Of a stretch of DNA of 64,000 nucleotides, positions 60,938-64,000 are shown one piece after another. The notes beneath the pieces were generated by a model. The model made no database searches and was not told where the DNA came from. It saw only the letters and a program-made list of their open reading frames with translations. Position 1 is the stretch's first letter; every line of letters begins with the position of its first letter. The translations under genes and the position numbers were made by a program. The stretch comes from Candidatus Aenigmatarchaeota archaeon (GTDB taxonomy: Archaea; Aenigmatarchaeota; Aenigmatarchaeia; GW2011-AR5): the NCBI GenBank assembly GCA_016187335.1, contig JACPJW010000001.1, positions 192,001-256,000 on the forward strand, given 5' to 3'.

Positions 60938-61477
60938 TTAGTTCTGTTTGTGACGGAAAAGTTGCTTCACAACCTTGTAATGAAGCTGCACTTCATTTTT
61001 GGATAATTTTTTTATTTCAATGAAACGCAGCTTTGCCTCAAAATCTGAATCAGCAAAAAGCCTTATTCCCTTGCCGAGGACAACAGGCTCCACATCAAGG
61101 TAAATTTCGTCAACAAGCCCTTCCTTCATGAAAGAAGCGTTGAGCGTTCCGCCGCCGCCTATGAACGCTGTTTTGAATCCTTTTTTTTTCAAAAACCGCA
61201 AAACCTCTTCCGGCTTCTTATTGGTAAAAACGACTTTATCGCCCCATTTGTTTTCTATTTTTTGCTTTGTCATAACAACGTTAAAGCAAGAATAAGGGAA
61301 AGTGCCGTCCTTTACGCTAATCTCATATGTTCTTCTTCCTATAATCATATTGCCGCATTTTTTCATCAGTTTTTCAAAGCTTTTCCAGGAATTCTTAGAA
61401 ACAAACCATACGTCATCGTCTTCTTTGGCGATTAAGCCGTTAGCGGTCATCGCCATGTATAAAATGACTTTCATCAA
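60938..61477 (-). CDS. Dihydrofolate reductase/RibD C-terminal-like protein
   Basis: AMTANGLIA, IGRRTYE, GGGTL, GLVDE. Confidence 0.9.
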   Translation of the reverse strand: MMKVILYMAMTANGLIAKEDDDVWFVSKNSWKSFEKLMKKCGNMIIGRRTYEISVKDGTFPYSCFNVVMTKQKIENKWGDKVVFTNKKPEEVLRFLKKKGFKTAFIGGGGTLNASFMKEGLVDEIYLDVEPVVLGKGIRLFADSDFEAKLRFIEIKKLSKNEVQLHYKVVKQLFRHKQN

Positions 61478-61478
61478 A

Positions 61479-61751
61479 TCACAGCTTTACGTCAAATCCC
61501 TTGAAATTGCCCAGAGCCTCTTCCCATGTAACGCTGACGTCGTCTATCTTCGCCCTCGGGGGGCCCTGCCTTATTTTCTCCACCAGCTGCTCTATTTTAT
61601 CTTCATGGCCTTCCACAATCACTTCCACCCTGCCGTCGTCCAGGTTTTTCACAAAGCCGTTTAAGCCGAGCAGTTCAGCGTTCTGTTTCGTAAAAGAGCG
61701 GAACGAAACGCCCTGAACCCTTCCGCTGATATAAATGCAGCATCTCTTCAT
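61479..61751 (-). CDS. acyP: Acylphosphatase
   Basis: GRVQGVSFR, GFVKNLDDGRVE. Confidence 0.95.
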   Translation of the reverse strand: MKRCCIYISGRVQGVSFRSFTKQNAELLGLNGFVKNLDDGRVEVIVEGHEDKIEQLVEKIRQGPPRAKIDDVSVTWEEALGNFKGFDVKL

Positions 61752-61835
61752 GGAATAATGTTGCAGCCGAAAACATAAAAACGGAAGAAAGAATTTGAGG
61801 AGCTGCTCGGGTTGCTTCCAGCGATTGCAGTGAGA

Positions 61836-62135
61836 CTAAGCCTGTTTTCTCTTTTTCCTCTTGATTTTTACCGAGCCGTCTTCAACCTTAACTTCAAGCT
61901 CATCTGCCTTGACGTTTTCTGGCAGCGACATGCTTCGCCTGAATTCTTTCTGGAACGCCTCTTCTTTGTAAAAACCTTTTCTCTTCTCCACTTTCCTTCC
62001 TTTCTTCTCCGCTGAGATATTGATGAAGCCCTTGTCTATTGAGACCTTTATCTCGTCCCTGCTGAATCCCGGCGCCGCTATGTTTATCTCCTCGGGCTTT
62101 TCTTCCCAGTAGAATCTGAACGGCTTCTTTGCCAT
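61836..62135 (-). CDS. Small heat-shock protein (Hsp20)
   Basis: APGFSRDEIKV, FRRSMSLPENV. Confidence 0.88.
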   Translation of the reverse strand: MAKKPFRFYWEEKPEEINIAAPGFSRDEIKVSIDKGFINISAEKKGRKVEKRKGFYKEEAFQKEFRRSMSLPENVKADELEVKVEDGSVKIKRKKRKQA

Positions 62136-62229
62136 AAAAACACCAGAAAATATTCTTGAGGATAAAAATAAATTGTTATTTTTGGTCAAACTTTCCTTCT
62201 TTGATTAAACTTTCTTTTAAGAAAGTTTA

Positions 62230-62400
62230 TGCGGGAGACGAGATTCGAACTCGCGAAGCGAATCGTCACCTTTTCCGTGCACGCTTTTGCACAGCAAAAG
62301 GGTGCTAACGCACTACCCGTTTGCGAACCTTCCCTTTTGATTGAACTTTTGGGAAAAGTTCACCTCAAGGTAGCCCCTTTGGCCGCTTGGGTACCCCCGC
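62230..62400 (-). tRNA. tRNA-Leu(GAG) with two introns (37/38 62319-62362; variable arm 62262-62304)
   Basis: Spliced product is an 84-nt cloverleaf; BHB CGUU/GACG in the variable arm. Confidence 0.88.
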
Positions 62401-62471
62401 AATGCATTAAAATTATTTAAGCTCCCTTTGGATGCAAAAGTATTTTATGGCAAAATACAAAAGTATGATTA

Positions 62472-62816
62472 ATGAGCGATTTAACCGCTACATTAGAACC
62501 GCCTTATAGGATGAAAGAGCCTGAAAAAAAAATAGAAGCGAAATTCCCGTATGAAACCGTGATTGGGGGCAAAACAGTAACGGTTGTGGGGGGAACAGTG
62601 CTGGGTGAACATGGTGGATACAGAAGGGTAAGATTGTATATAAGAGGGTGGCATGATATTGACTCTCTCGCAGTTATGCATAAAGGTCATACTGGGGAAG
62701 AAACTGTAATTGAAAGATATGTATTAGTACCTGTTCTGACTGTTAACGTATTGCCTGTGCTGCCTGTTGAATGCCCTGTTATTGGAAAATTATACGAACC
62801 TGCTGGCAGAAGATAA
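62472..62816 (+). CDS. Hypothetical AT-rich protein
   Basis: ORF track. Confidence 0.55.
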   Translation: MSDLTATLEPPYRMKEPEKKIEAKFPYETVIGGKTVTVVGGTVLGEHGGYRRVRLYIRGWHDIDSLAVMHKGHTGEETVIERYVLVPVLTVNVLPVLPVECPVIGKLYEPAGRR

Positions 62817-62857
62817 AAACATACGTAATAAAAACAGAAATCATGAGCAAATTTTTC

Positions 62858-63001
62858 TCAGCACTTCTCGCACATCGTGCCGCAGTGCATGCCTGATTTG
62901 CTTGATTTGTAGCCGCAGTGCACGCACATGTACATATCCTTCGGCTTCGCTGCCTTTCTTGATGCTTTCCTTGCTTTGGATGCCTTTCTTCTCTTTGCCA
63001 C
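62858..63001 (-). CDS. 47-aa basic, Cys-rich peptide
   Basis: MAKRRKASKARKASRKAAKPKDMYMCVHCGYKSSKSGMHCGTMCEKC; GGTGA RBS; GTG start. Confidence 0.65.
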   Translation of the reverse strand: MAKRRKASKARKASRKAAKPKDMYMCVHCGYKSSKSGMHCGTMCEKC

Positions 63002-63084
63002 CAGAATCACCTTGAAATAAAATTGGAAGAAATCTTCTTAAGCGGGAATTTCAAGGAAAGGTATCACTCGGAAGATGTGAAAAA

Positions 63085-63264
63085 TGCTCCCGCCGGGATT
63101 TGAATGCCCGGATCCTTTCAATCTCTAAAGGATCTCCCGGGTCTCCGGCTTTCTTTGATATCATTACAAAGCGTTTCTGCTTTGCTCTAACCTTTCAAAG
63201 ATCGGCTGATTTTTCATGCCGTCGCGAAAGGCCGGAATCCTTGGCCGGTCTAGACTACGGGAGC
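63085..63264 (-). tRNA. tRNA-Glu(UUC) with two introns (37/38 63151-63224; 53/54 63105-63135)
   Basis: Spliced product is a 75-nt cloverleaf; strict BHBs CUUU/AAAG and CCCG/CGGG. Confidence 0.92.
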
Positions 63265-63461
63265 ATTTTTGTCAAAATAACATGCTCTAATATGAATCCA
63301 CGTTTTTAGTCGTGGATTTTTATGTGCATGTTATCTCAGATACGCTGTATTTTATCTACCGTCTAATTCATGGAGAGCGAAGCTCTCCTGAATTTCTCAT
63401 AGGACTTCATGAGAAGTCCTTTGCAGAAAAGACGGTAGTTTTCAACGTATCTGAAGATAAA

Positions 63462-63875
63462 CTATGGAGAAACGTTTTTAATATGCTTGCGGGCGGCCTT
63501 TTTCTTCTTAAGAAGCGCCTCCTGTTTTTGTATGAGCACCTCTTGCTTTTTCATCTTCTTTTTTATCAGTTCCTCCTGCTTTCTGATCCTTTTTTCCATC
63601 AGTTCGGCCCTTTCCTTCAGCCGCTTGGCCGTGATTTCGCCCAGTTCCTGCGTCTTTATCAGGGTCCATGCAGCAAGCATGACAAGAATAGTGACAATGA
63701 AAGCTGTCATGAACTTTGCCGACACGCGCTCGCTGGGGGGTATTATTGTCTCTATCCCGCTTCTCAAGGCATCGTTCCAGAACAAGCCTACGACAAACGC
63801 CAGGGCCGTGATTATGGCGCTGGTAAGCATCCCGTGTATATCGCGCTTCCGTGCATGCTCTTCCAGAGTTGCCAT
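63462..63875 (-). CDS. DUF5654-like membrane protein with coiled-coil tail
   Basis: TALAFVVGLFWNDA. Confidence 0.75.
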   Translation of the reverse strand: MATLEEHARKRDIHGMLTSAIITALAFVVGLFWNDALRSGIETIIPPSERVSAKFMTAFIVTILVMLAAWTLIKTQELGEITAKRLKERAELMEKRIRKQEELIKKKMKKQEVLIQKQEALLKKKKAARKHIKNVSP

Positions 63876-64000
63876 GATTATTCCTTGCGGCGCTTGATTA
63901 AATGCTTTGCTGCCGTACTGCTTCCGTAATGTGAGCCGCGGCTATTCTTGACCAGTTCTCAAGGTTGTGCTTCTTCAGGCCTTCCAGAGGCACCAGTTTT

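Noticed and set aside
63312-63929. Plus-strand 205-aa ORF
   Set aside because: Antisense to the DUF5654-like membrane gene, which has the recognisable motif

Overview
Archaeal genomic DNA. The 16S sequence, the divergent rRNAs and the gene set point to a DPANN archaeon; Aenigmatarchaeota-like is an inference. Housekeeping blocks: fbp-pgk-gap, msrB, secG, a complete A-type ATP synthase operon, an MFS transporter and an aldo/keto reductase. A low-GC defence island (~28-43 kb) holds a type I RM system, an EVE-nuclease fusion, four tandem PD-(D/E)XK nucleases, RadC, a HerA-like ATPase cassette and a CARF-HTH regulator. The main feature is the stable RNA genes, all on the minus strand. The unlinked 23S (16278-22034) and 16S (47678-50953) genes carry about 12 and 10 bulge-helix-bulge (BHB)-type introns; removing them by hand leaves ~2900 and ~1470 nt. 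tRNA-Ala(UGC), tRNA-Leu(GAG) and tRNA-Glu(UUC) carry 3, 2 and 2 introns, and an orphan tRNA-Ala 3' half carries its own intron. Many small introns are built from the same two or three hairpin families. These hairpins also occur in RNase P RNA, free in intergenic DNA and in-frame inside a protein gene, which suggests a proliferating palindrome/micro-intron system shared by tRNA and rRNA. Four introns encode LAGLIDADG-type proteins and one encodes a non-nuclease membrane peptide. One 876-nt intron would circularise into an ORF with no stop codon. All alignments, BHB pairings and E. coli numbering were done by eye; no searches were run.
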